The notes: a model not told the origin generated them from the letters alone. DNA of 64,000 nucleotides from Paraspadella gotoi (GCA_051294375.1 JBJCIZ010000239.1:3716461-3780460); one strand, 5' to 3'. Positions 15,084-27,215 are shown, counted from the first letter of the stretch. Made by a program: numbers and translations.

Positions 15084-15702
15084 CTAATGGAAAATAAAGT
15101 AAAATAAAATCCCTGACATGACTTTTACCTTATTTAGTCTATATTCATAAAAATAGAATCATTTCGCAGCTCAATGAATGAATAAATAAATAAATATTGA
15201 ATGATTGAATGAATGAATGAATGAATGAATGAATGAATGAATGAATAAATAAATTGATAAATTGATGAATGAATGAATAAATAAAAGAACGAACGAACGA
15301 ATGAATGAATGAATGAATGAATGAAATGAATGAATGAATGAATGAATGAATGAATGAATGAAGAAAACCCCTTTTTGCGACAAAATGGTCTCTTTTCCTG
15401 CGATGCGGTCGCCGCAACCGCCAACGTCTTCACAGTCGCCGCCGCCCGCGCTGCCGCCGCCGCCGCCGCCGCCGCCGCTGCCGCTCCCGACGCCGCCGCC
15501 TGCCGCTCGTAAAACCACGGCCACTATCTGTGATTCTGTATCGCATCTCATCGGTGCATCGCGAGATTCCATTGCGAGTTTTAAAACCAGAGAATCGTTT
15601 TACATCAGATTAGCATCTCTGAAAGGGGAGAGAGATAGATAGATAGATAGATAATTGTACATGGACCTAGGTACCTTCTGCAAGAAGGACCTATAAGGTA
15701 AC

Positions 15703-15766
<64 letters not shown>

Positions 15767-16206
15767 GTTTTAGTGGGTGTGTTTCAAAATGGATTAGCCT
15801 TATTTCTAAGAAGCGAGATAGAAATATTTTTTTTAAAAAGCGAAAAAGCGAGATAACTTTTATTTTTACCCAAAAAAATTTGTAAAATAGCGGAAAACGA
15901 CACAAATGTCAAAAAAATGACTTGCCATATCTCAAGTTATAAAGGCTAAACTCGAAAACGAATTGCAAGAATCGTTACTTTATTTTTCGGGGATCGCAGA
16001 TTTAATTTTTTAATTTTAGTAAAATAAAATGATTATTTTCTTTTTTTTTTTAAAGTCGATTGGACCGGTTGTTACTGGCTGAATATATCTTTCGATACAG
16101 TTTCTGATTAGTTGAAATCGAAATTTAATCATCGTTCAACTCTTTTTAAACAAACAGGTGTTCGAAACTAATTGGCCACCAATCTAATTTTTTTTTTTTT
16201 TTTTTA

Positions 16207-17027
16207 GGCCATGTCGTTTTAAAGTGCTCCGTTTTGGTTTAAATTCAGAATTAACGTATAAATTTTAAAAAAATAGATTAAGGGTTAATGATTAGGTAGG
16301 AGATTAGGGCTAAATTTAGGGATTAACGTTAGGAAATGTTAAGGATTAAGATTAAGGATTAAATGTTAAGGGTTAAATGTTAAGGGTTAAGATTAGGGAT
16401 TAAATGTTTAAGGTTAAATGTTAAGGATTGAGATTAGGGATTAAATGTTTAAGGTTAAATGTTAAGGATTGAGATTAAGGATTAAATGTTAAGAGTTAAA
16501 TGTTAAGGGTTAAGATTAAGGATTAAATGTTAAGGGTTAAGATTAAGGATTAATTGTTAAGTGTTAAATGTTAAGGATTAAGATTAAGGATTAAATGTTA
16601 AGGGTTAAATGTTATGCGCTAAATGTTAAGGATTAAGATTAAGGATTAAATGCTAAGGGTTAAATGCTAAGGGTTAAGATTGGGAATAAACTCAAGGATT
16701 GAATAAAATATTTGATAGAAAATAATATTTAACGTTTGTGTTAAATCTAAATTTAAGGATTAGGAACAGAAATGAGACCCTTGTGGCGGTATATTCTCAC
16801 CGCCTCACGTTCACCACCGTTCACGTCTCATTGGCTAAGAGGGGAACGCACCATCCCATGATTTGCGCTGCGTCCACATTCCTAACGACTTCCCTCTGCG
16901 TTAGCAAAGCGAGACCATCAAAGGGAAACTGAGGGTCGGAAGCCCCGAAGCCGACAGTTGGATGCCCCAACCCAATGGGCAACACGGGCAACCCGGCTGT
17001 TGCAATACACTTTCGGAAAATCGTGTC
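16207..17027 (+). mobile_element. Same TIR family with an expanded TTAAGG/TTAGGG-like array (16260-16700), interrupted by family E
   Basis: TTAAATGTTAAGGATTAAGATTAAGG repeats; removing 16782-17007 restores a GAAATGAGAC.CTTTCGGAAAATCGTGTC terminus. Confidence 0.7.
16782..17007 (+). mobile_element. Family E element (TGTGGCGG...GTTGCAATA)
   Basis: Inverted copy at 62939-63171; near-TSD CCCT/CACT; interrupts the right TIR of a host element. Confidence 0.78.
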
Positions 17028-17469
17028 ACTCAATTCTGATTTAAAAGTTAATTTTATTAACACATTTTCATTATTTATTCGTCGGTTAATTCGTTCTCGA
17101 TCTCTCTAACCCTCAATCGAATCGAATAAAGTTCGCTCGAACAAAACCCAACGCTCAGTCGTTCTTTTTTTTTATCTCAGTTGAAAATTTAAAAGAAAAA
17201 AAATAAAACAATTTAAAACAACGTAACAACGAAAACAACTATTAAAAAAGAAACATTCATTCACGTTAAAAAAATTTTGATTCTAACGTTCTGTCTCTCT
17301 TTGTTGATTTTAGTCATAGCTTTGGTTCAATATTCATTAAAAATAAAATCTTTGTTTATTAACGAAGAAACTAACGTAAATAAAAAACAAAAGAACCAAA
17401 GAAAACAGAAAAATACATTTAACAAAACAAAAACGTACCGAAAAAAACCCAACTAAACAACTAAACAAA

Positions 17470-17960
17470 ATGAAAAACAATGAAAACGCCGAAAATTCTT
17501 TCGACCGAAACGAAACGGCGCCGTTTTTCTCCCACGATTCCGACGCCGCTAAAAAGGCGCCGCGTCTTTCCCCTTCGCCTCTTTATCCACCCCTCGACGG
17601 AGGATGGGGCTGGGCCATCGTCTTGGGCAGCTTCCTCTACCACTTCTGCGTCGTCGGGATAAGCAAAAGCTTCGGCGTTCTCTTTCTCGGCTTCAGGTAA
17701 ATCCGGCCGAGGGCTGAACGAATCCGTTATGAATACAAATTATACATTCATAATTGGGTTAACATATTTTTTTTTGTGGAGAAAATGTTCGGATTCATGT
17801 CGATGGCTAATTAACATCAATGTATCACTATGTACGTAATGCCCCCCCAAAAAAAGTTTTTGAAAGACTCTGATAAAGTATGAAAAGTAGCGGAGTTCGA
17901 AAAATGAAAGTTTTTATTAGTTTACAACGATTTTATTATACATTCAGTAACGGACATGTT

Positions 17961-17993
<33 letters not shown>

Positions 17994-18957
17994 CAGATGG
18001 AGAGAGATGAGAGAACGAGAGAGAGAGAGAGAGAAATGTACAACAAGGATAGATGATTTAGGTAAACTTAAAATTGAAAGAGAGAAAATTACACAAAATA
18101 TGAAAACTTAAACTTTTTAAAATTTTTATACTTTATCGCTGAAATTAAATAGAAACTATAAAAGTTATTGTATGATGTTGATGAAGAAGATTTTGATGAT
18201 AACGATGATAATTACTACATTCCAAAAAAAAAAGCCTTTTGCTCACAAATGAAATAAGTTGGTGAGGTTCCCAAATAAAAATTCGGACCCACGCTACAAC
18301 GAAATTTACATTCATCCTTCAGGCAAGAATTCCCAGCGGCGTCGACCGGCGTCATTTACGGATTCGGCGCCGTCGCTTTCGGACTCGTCCACACGGCGGC
18401 GCCGCTGTCCGCCTGTCTGGCGCGGCGCGGCGCAAGCGATCGATGGATGGTCGTCGGCGCCGGATTGATGCTCTCGGTAGGCGTGGTCGCTAGCGCATTT
18501 GTCCGTAACGTGGAGACGCTGTACGCAACGTTCGGACTAACGGTCGGACTGGCGCTCGGCGTCGCGTACAACTCTGTCGCCGTCATGATCGGCGCTTATT
18601 TCGAAGAACGCCGGGCCGTGGCGTCGGGCATCGGCGTCGCCGGCTCCGGCTGCGGCGGAATGGCGCTTCCGCCGCTGTGGACGCTGCTGCTCGGCGAGTA
18701 CGGGCTGCGGGGAACGCTGTTGATCATCGGAGCCGTGATGCTGCACGTCTGTTTGGTCGGGATTCTCTTCAGGCCGATCGAAGATAACTATCCCGAGGAT
18801 CGTCGGTCTTTATCGGCTGAGATGTCGGTCGAGTCGGCCCAATCGTCGGCCACGCCCCCTTCCGGTTTTAAAGTAGCGATTGGGTTTCTGAGAAATCCTA
18901 AATTCGCCGTTTATCTTTTGAGGTGAGTTTGAAAACTCAAGAGAAGACTCTGCTTCG

Positions 18958-19032
<75 letters not shown>

Positions 19033-19086
19033 CTCCTCTTTTCTTCTGACCTAATTGTCTCTTTCTCTCTCTCTTTTTTTCCTCTC

Positions 19087-19150
<64 letters not shown>

Positions 19151-20601
19151 CCACTTAAACCCCCTCGCCTCCGCCCTCCCCTTTCAGCTCCCTTTTCTCC
19201 ACCTCCACCATGGTCTGTTCCTGGACGATGCTCCCTCCTTTCGCCATCGAACGCAGCCTAACAAAACCAGAAGCTGCTCTGCTGATTTCAGTCAACAGCT
19301 GCTGCGACATGATCTGCAGATTGGGTTGCGGCTTCGTGCTGGATAAGCCCACCGTCAAGGTAGAAAGCAGATAGAATGCTTGCCTTTTTGCTTGCTTTTT
19401 TGTTCGTTTTCTAATTCGAAAATATATCTTAATGTCCCTACATGCAACAACTTCAGTATTTAATTGTATATAAATAACTTATATATAATAATTTATTCGT
19501 AATATACACCGACAGACGGACCGAAAAAGTAAGCTCCATGACACGACTGCAGCCAGCAATAATAAAAGTTATCGAGAAAAGGGTCACCCGCCCCAAAGGC
19601 CTCATTTTTTGTCGGCTTCCTCTCAGGCCAACCGCCTCTTCGTACTGTCCGCCGTCGTCTTCCTCCAGGGCTTGGCCGACTTGATCCTTGTCGGCTGCGT
19701 CGGCTTCGGCTCTTTTGTCGTCTACGGCGTCGGTTACGGAATTCTGAACTCCATCTCGGTTACATTGCGATTCGTCGCCTTGCAGGTTTTTTAGTCATAT
19801 TATGGTGGACTAAAATCCACCAACCGTTCGAGCGGCCATTGGTGCAGGAGGCGAGTCATTCGCCTCTCAACCCAAAGGCCCGGGGTTCTAGCCCGGTGGT
19901 CGCATAGTAGTTAAGAGGGACGGGGTGCTTAACCAGCCTGTAACACGGTGTTACTGTCTGATCCGAAGCTCAGGGACTGCTTAAAATGAACGGATCTGTC
20001 ACTAACTCATTATAATAATTACTGTCTTGTAGTCGGGCATTGCCTAGGTTCACCTCGCCTATAAGCATGACACCTTCAGTCGTTACCCGCTGGCTCATTG
20101 AGTAAAGCCAACAGCTCATGACCACTAGGTACTGGGTTCAACCCCAACGCGGTATCTACCCTGCGGGAAGCGTGATGACGGCCGTATGCCGCCTTGGGGG
20201 CGTGGAAAACCCTCAAGCCTGGTTCCAAGCCCAGGACCCGTTCCATGGCTGCTAGAGGGGGTTAAAGAAGTTGCGGATAGCACTCTTCAGTCCCACTTAG
20301 CGCCTAATCCACAGTCTCTTCAATATAAAAAAAAACTACATAAATAAATCAATCAATCAATCAAATCAAATCCACTCAGGACATCATGGGCCGCGACGAT
20401 CTTCCCCTCCTCTTCGGCGTCTTCAACTTCTTCCTCGGCTTCGGAAATTTCGGCGTCGCTCTTTTCGGCGGCGTCCTCGTCGACGCCTTCGACTCTCACG
20501 CGGCGCCGTTCGTCTTCAACGGCGCCGCTGCCGTCGCTGCGTCGCTGGCCTTTTTGATCCCTGCGACGCTGCATCGACGCGGCGGGAAATTGAAAGGATG
20601 A
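17470..20601 (+). CDS. Monocarboxylate transporter (SLC16/MCT family, MFS); exons 17470-17696, 18323-18922, 19188-19359, 19627-19785, 20380-20601
   Basis: MCT N-terminal signature PPLDGGWGWAIVLGSF; YFEERRAVASGIGVAGSGCG and YGLRGTLLIIGA motifs; all introns GT-AG with matching phases; many TM segments. Confidence 0.92.
19801..20009 (+). mobile_element. Family B short element with tRNA-like core
   Basis: Second copy at 38849-39057; 72-nt tRNA-like segment 19832-19903 with GCGGCCA/TGGTCGC acceptor stem and GGTTCTAGCCC box B. Confidence 0.78.
20028..20313 (+). mobile_element. Solo-LTR/TRIM-like element, family A, with tRNA-like core
   Basis: TGTAGT...TCCACA termini; perfect 4-bp TSD GTCT; tRNA-like segment 20084-20154; four more related copies in the window. 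Confidence 0.85.
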
Positions 20602-20645
20602 GGAATTAAGTTGCGGGCGTCTGCCGGGTATTATGTGTGCGCCTG

Positions 20646-20720
<75 letters not shown>

Positions 20721-21021
20721 TTCTCACTTTTTCACTTTCTCACTTTCCCTCTCTCTGTATTTATTTCTCCTACAGTTAAAATAAACGAATTGTTTTAATA
20801 TTTTTTTTTAAAAAAATACTTCGGAAAGAAAAAACTGACAGAGATAGTTAAGTTCTTTCCCATGTCACCTAAGAGGACGACGACAACAAACGACGACGAC
20901 GAAAAAAAAAACTTTGTTTACTTCGCGCGACCAAATCCGCGAGAAATTTTGTGAGACGGACAGTGAAACGGATAAATGGACGGGGCGGGAAACAAAAAGT
21001 AAAAGAAGTGGAAGGAAAATA

Positions 21022-21093
<72 letters not shown>

Positions 21094-21814
21094 AAAAAAG
21101 AAAGAGAGTAAAAAAGAAAGTAACAAAGAGAGTAAGAAACAAAGAAACAAAGAAACAAAGAAAGAAGGAAACAAAGATAAAAATGAAAAAAAAAGACAAA
21201 AAAAACATACAGATAAAAATGAGAATTAAATTAAAAAACATAAAATTAACATAGTACTATATAATTAACAAATTAACCCCCCCAAAAAAATAAGTAAACA
21301 ATTACTTAGATATATTAACTAACCAACAAAAATCATATCATAAACTCATGCCAACAAAAAAACTCTATCGCGCAAAAAGATTCGTCCTCCCTCGGCGATT
21401 TACATCGGTATAATATATATAATATATATACAATATATATAATATATACTGTGTATATGGTGAAACGATTGTTTTCGTTTGAAAGTTTGAAATTGTATCG
21501 AGGTGTTGACAAAACATCCTCAGTTTCAAAAATCCATTTTTCGTTACTTTAACCTTTTTTTGTTTTCACTTTACAAAAGGATAATATTGTAAGTACATGG
21601 TACAATAGTGAACCACACTACAGTTGGGGCAAAATAATTAAAAATGAAGTTTTTTTTTTTAAGTGTTTGTTTCTACTGACCAATGTTGTATTGTTTTTAA
21701 ATTTTAAAAGATTTGGTAAATTATCGCTTTATTATCATCGCAAGTTTATGAACCTAACCCAAAGCAGAAACGGATCGGAGGATCGGGAAAACTCCTCATA
21801 TATGGAATTGCCGA

Positions 21815-22020
21815 AGCGTGATTGGTCTAGATAGAATCGGCCTCGACCAATCAGCTTGCAGAATGAATGGAATCGTCAAAATGACTCTTGCTTCTGATCC
21901 TCTTCTCTAGATATAAATAGATCTAGCTTTCTTTAGTTTCAGTAGAATTGATCTGGACTCCTGCGTGTGTCTCACCGTCACCTTATTATTCTCGGAATAA
22001 ATCTCGTTTGATTTCGTCCT
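21815..22020 (+). mobile_element. LTR-like dispersed repeat with CCAAT, TATA and AATAAA motifs
   Basis: About 130 bp match the reverse complement of 27005-27130. Confidence 0.65.
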
Positions 22021-22051
22021 AGAAATCAATGAGTTTTTTCTTCAATGTGGT

Positions 22052-22095
22052 TGGCAGCGGTGGGATTCGAACCCACGCCTCCGAAGAGACTGGAG
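22052..22095 (-). pseudogene. 3' half of a tRNA-Leu (AAG/TAG type)
   Basis: Reverse complement CTCCAGTCTCTTCGGAGGCGTGGGTTCGAATCCCACCGCTGCCA is the variable arm, T arm and acceptor end of metazoan tRNA-Leu; the 5' half is absent. Confidence 0.85.
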
Positions 22096-22687
22096 TTTTT
22101 GAGTTTTTGAGTTTTTGAGTCCATGAGTTTTTCCTTCAATGTTATCTAAAACAATAAAAATATTACAAAGATCCCCTTTTTCTAACCTTCATAAAAATTA
22201 TTACTATGATGGGCAAGCTGACAAGCTTACAAGCTGATATCCTTACAAGCTGACAAGCTTTAAATCAAAGTCTTGTAAGGTACCATCGCAGGAATTTCGA
22301 TGAAAGTATTATTAAGATTAACTGTTAAACTAATATGGGAGGACAAAATTACTGTTAATTACCAGTATTACTAAAGACTATAATTAAGTACTGAAAAATC
22401 GAAAAAAAAGAATTAATATTGAAATTCCAAATAAAAATGTATCGAATCAAGTTCAACCCTACAATATGTAAATGAGATTGAGAAATTTAATCTCATTTAA
22501 GATCATATTAGATAATCATCCAAGAAAAAAAGTTTTTATTTGTTGCAGACAACAATTTTTGACTGCAAAATAAAAACGGATTCGTTGTTATTATTTTATT
22601 TCATGTTAATGTATACTTTTCTCAAGCTTTTTCTTTTTCTAAAAATGTTTTTTTCTTCCTGTCAATCCGTCCTTGCCCACTGGAGTG

Positions 22688-22769
<82 letters not shown>

Positions 22770-22912
22770 CTCTCTCTCCCTCTCTCTCCTCTACAAAACG
22801 TCTCGCTCTCCCTCCTTTTCCCCCTTTCCTCCTCGCCTTCTTCCTCCGCTTCGACTCCTTCATCCGTCGAAGCAAGAAAACTCTGCAACGACAACAACAA
22901 CAACTAAAGAAG

Positions 22913-25845
22913 ATGGCGTCCATCAAAGCGGCGACGCTCGTCACTTTGTCAATCATTGCCGCGGTCTTCCTGGCCGGCGAGGCTGGGGCGGCCGTTTCGG
23001 GTGAGTTCGAGGGGGACAAGGCTGGGTCAAGAAGATAACCTAAAATTTTCCTTCTCTCTCTCCCGTTCCATGTTTTTTTTTCGGTCCCATTTTCCCCCCT
23101 CAATGACATTCCCGTTTATCTCTCCAAGAACTTCTCTCATCATCATTAACCTCTCTTCAGATGTCTTTCTCCATCATAAGCTTGTTCATCATCGCCGATG
23201 TTTCGACCACAACCATTCTTCTCCCTTCTACTTCTTTGCCCCTTTTATCATCTTCTTCCGCTACTTTAATCCATGAATTCTCCTCCGTCTTTAGTAATTC
23301 GCCCGATTTCTCATCCCCTTATCTCTCTACTTCGTCAATTCAAATTCTTTTGGCGAGTTCGCCGCAACAAGTTCTATCGTCGTCCGATTACTCTGTACCG
23401 TTGTTATTGTTTTCCCCGGCCGCTTCGACTTCTTCGGATATTTCCCAGGCAGCCTTTGCCTATTCATCCGCAGTATATTCTTCCTCGGATGTATCTTTGT
23501 CCGTCTTCTCGTCTCTCTCTCATTCTCTCCATCCATCCCTCTCTCTCTCCTCCCTCCCATCCGCCTCGAAATATCCCCTCCCTCCTTCGGCCCCGACTGA
23601 TTCGCCCACCGACCCCCCCTCCTCCCTCAACACCCCGGACGCGCCTCCTCCTTCAGACACGTGCGCGGCCAACGTGATCGTCGACCCGACCCTGTCGAAG
23701 CCGGACAGGATAATGCTGTTGAACAACACCTTAGAGTCGGACGGTACGTACGCTAATTCTATAAATTCCAACGCGTCCGACGTGGATCCGTGGAACGCCT
23801 TTCTGCGACATTCGGACGCTTTCTGGCACAGTGGGAGGGACTCTAACGGAGAGGGAGATCCGTTTTATCCCTGGCCGCACTGCATCTACATCAAGTCAGT
23901 CCTCGTTTGTTCGTTCGTTTGTTTGTTTGTTTGTTATCGATTCGGCACGAAACGAAGTTGAAAAATATAAGAAAACTTTGCTTCGAAAGCTGACGCTTTT
24001 CCGCTTATTATCTCTTTTACGATTTGTCGATGGAATGTTGAGTTGCACCGCGGCGACTCTAGCATAATTTTTAAAGTCATGGATTAGTTTAATTCTTATT
24101 TTGTTGTTGTGTATATATATTTTATACTAATGAAATTACAAGTTCAATGCGATATTTTAGTTTATACTAAGCAGATTGATATATACTTTGCATTCTACAA
24201 TGCTTGTTATGCTTGTCACGAATTTCTTTCATAACGTGATCAGCTATAAGGAAAGAGGATTAAGGAGGAAAGGTCATTCAGCATAACAATACGTAATCAT
24301 TGATGTATTAGAGCTAATACATCGAGAAATACATCGTAATCCACCAGGTAATCACCAAAAATTAAGTTTTCTTATTTATATGTCAACATTTGTGTTATTT
24401 ATCTAAATAAAAATTTGTTAAGTTAAATGGGGTAAGCACATTTTTTAAAGATTTGTTTTTTTAATCTGTTTGTTAAACAAATTCTAGGTAAGAAATTAAA
24501 ACCACGGTATGGGTTAGTTTTTAGAAGGGGAGAATTAAACAATTAATCTTGGTTACTCTGTTGTTTTGCCAGTCATGAACAAAATCTTCATGTTAAATAG
24601 ATATGTGTAAAAGAAATTGCGAGCTAAAATGAATCTACACTGAATTTGAAGAGTTGCAGCTATACGACTGCAATATATTGAATTAAAAATTTGATTAGCA
24701 CATCTTAAAACATTGTTAAAAATGTCAATAGAGAGACATTTTGAATAAACGCGTTCCAAGGAGTTAGACAGATATCAGGTTAAAGTTTAAAATAGACGTT
24801 TAATTTCTTCAAGGATAACAAGTTGGAATGAAATTTAAAAAATGTCTCTGCTATTACATTTTTCTAATTCGTAATAAAAAATTCATAAAAAAATATCAGA
24901 TGGATTGGCCTTTTCGTTGGACCTGCAACTCTTCAGATAGGTTTCTTTTATTTTTAATATTATAATTAAAACCGATATAAAATGGGGGTTAGAATGCATA
25001 CAAATCGTTTAAAGTGAATACTTTTCGGAATCGCCATGGAGCCTCAGCTTTCTGATGATTATGTACTCCATTTTGGCCTATTTTTGAAAGTTGAATGGAA
25101 TGAACCCTTTTTGCTTAAAAAAAAAGGCAATGGATCGCACTCGGGCGGAATTACCATATCTTTATTACGACCTTACCTCCCCTCCCCCTTATTCCTTAAC
25201 ATCCCAAACCTAACCCCGGCCCACCGCTCCTTTCCCCTTTCAGGCTGCAGCGAAAAGTGATCCCGGCCCGAGTCGCCTTCGGTCCGCGCCCTCTGTCCTC
25301 CTGTCGCGACCACGCGGCTACTGCGGCGCCTCCAAGTACGAATTGGTCGGCAGCGTGGATCCCAACTGCGATGTGTACGATTCCGTCTTTTGGGAGATTC
25401 TCTGCGACGACATGTCCGGGACTCACTTCTGCGAGGAAAACTCAGGTGCGTAGCATTTGATCGATTCATTCGATGGATTGAGGAAAATAAAAATCGTTTA
25501 TGGCGCGTATTTAAACGTTTTTTTTTAAATATTTTTTTATTAAAATTCTTTCTTTCTTTGTTTATTTATTTAATTATTATTTTTTCAATCTTTCTTTCTT
25601 TCTTTTTTTCTTTTCTTTTCTTTTTTCTTTTTTTCTTTTTCTTTCTTTCTTTCTTTCTTTCTTCTTTCTTTCTTTCTTTCTTTCTTTCCTTTTATTTTTT
25701 GTTTAATTTGTTTATTTATTTATCTATTTATTGCGGCGACGACACAACAACAACAAAGTTGTTGTTGTTGTCGTCTCCGCAATTATTTATTTATTCATTT
25801 ATTTATTTCTTTATTTCTTTATTTGTTTATTTATTTATTTATTGC

Positions 25846-25901
<56 letters not shown>

Positions 25902-25906
25902 TATTT

Positions 25907-25954
<48 letters not shown>

Positions 25955-25958
25955 TTTT

Positions 25959-26009
<51 letters not shown>

Positions 26010-26323
26010 CTCTCTCTCTTTGTCACTTCTATTTCAACCAGTCCTCGGTCTCACTCCTAATAAAACCATCTCCAACCACACGAACATTGAACCAATCCCG
26101 TTCCCATCCCAATCTCCGAAACTTCAAAAAATTTACCTCTTCCTTTTCAACCACCCTACTCTCTCCCCCACGATCCCCCTCGCAGATGAAATACTGCACC
26201 ACCAAGACCTCCCTCAGAACGAAGTTCCAATGCCTCGGAATCTGCGTTCACGACACGCCTTTCCGCGACCAGAACGCCGTCTCTATGCGGGCCGTCCAGT
26301 TCTGGGAACGGATCATCTATTAG
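22913..26323 (+). CDS. Secreted Cys-containing protein, discoidin/F5-8-type-C-like; exons 22913-23000, 23657 (or 23129)-23894, 25244-25445, 26186-26323
   Basis: Signal peptide MASIKAATLVTLSIIAAVFLAGEAGA; PWNAF..FWHSG..PWPHCIYIK, PARVAF, KYELVGS, KYC..FQCLGI..VQFWE pattern resembles a galactose-binding-like fold; GT-AG junctions in phase. The fold assignment is inference. Confidence 0.7.
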
Positions 26324-26346
26324 AAGGTCTTTTTCTTTCAGTGGGA

Positions 26347-26600
26347 GCCATATTTTTCAAAAACGTCCCGTTTTTGCCTTAAATTAGGGATTATGGTTTT
26401 ACGACGATGTTAAGGATTAAAGGGTTATGGATTTGGTTAGGGATAGAGATTATGGTTCAGGGTTATTGATAAGGATTAGGGATTAGGGATTAGAAATTAG
26501 GCTTAGTAGTTAAGGTCGGTAGTTTGGGTTAAGGATCATATTAAAAATAAAGTTTAAGAATGAGAAAACAGAAATGGGGTGCTTTCGAAAAATAGTGCCG
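26347..26600 (+). mobile_element. Same TIR family, immediately 3' of the discoidin-like gene
   Basis: GCCATATTTTTCAAAAACGTCCCGTTT ... GAAATGGGGTGCTTTCGAAAAATAGTGCC with TTAGGG-like interior. Confidence 0.7.
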
Positions 26601-26999
26601 TTACATTTTTCTCTACTTTGAATCAATGATGGTAGCCTCGTATTTCTTTTTCTTTTCTGTTTCTGAAACGTTATATTCATTGCTCCTTGCTGCTCTTTAA
26701 TTCATCGTTGCCATGTTATATGTATTGTCCATTATCTACAACGCTGCTCATACGATATTGTATTGTTTATTATCTAACGCGAACACACACACACCAAAAA
26801 AAAATTGTTCAAAAAACTGCCACACGACAAATTTGAATCTCTTGCGACGCGCTGGGATTTTCTTAAATCTATAGCACGATATTTTTTTTTAATATTAATA
26901 AAATACGTTGATATTATTTCGTTTTTGTGATTTAAAAAAAAAGAGTAGCAGTTAGCAGTTATAAATTAACGATTTTCTAGCATTTAAGGAAAGGGTGAA

Positions 27000-27215
27000 G
27001 ACAAAAACGAGATTTATTTTGAGAATAAAATAGTGACGGTGAGACACGCGCAGGAGTCCAGATCAATTCTACTGAAACTAAGGAAAGCGTGGTCTATTTA
27101 TATCTAGAGAAGAGTATCAGAGGCAAGAGTTAATTTTACAGTTCCATTGGATCTGCAAGCTGATTGGTCCATTCCGATTCATCCGTGCCTTCGATCCCAT
27201 TGGCCTTTGGTTGAT
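27000..27215 (-). mobile_element. Inverted copy of the 21.9-kb LTR-like repeat
   Basis: GTGACGGTGAGACACGCGCAGGAGTCCAGATCAATTCTACTGAAACTAA is the near-exact reverse complement of about 21932-21981. Confidence 0.65.

Larger units (their letters stand above)
7960..15760. repeat. Region dense in microsatellites and low-complexity tracts: (GA/CT)n, (TTTC)n, (TTTA)n, (GAAT)n, (GAG/GAA)n, (GTC)n
   Basis: Directly visible; the source of most ORF-track entries in this interval. Confidence 0.9.

Noticed and set aside
7857-15905. Long ORFs rich in SL, ER, FL, IHSF or poly-S/P (e.g. 9459-10301, 11831-12385)
   Set aside because: Produced by microsatellites that lack stop codons
16260-16700. True telomere or chromosome fusion site
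   Set aside because: The repeats are degenerate and enclosed by TIRs shared with other dispersed copies
20084-20154. Functional tRNA-Met gene
   Set aside because: Anticodon and T stems pair poorly, copies diverge freely, and it sits inside a mobile element
25390-26382. 330-aa hydrophobic ORF
   Set aside because: Mostly (TTTC)n/(TTTA)n intron sequence; the real exon is in another frame
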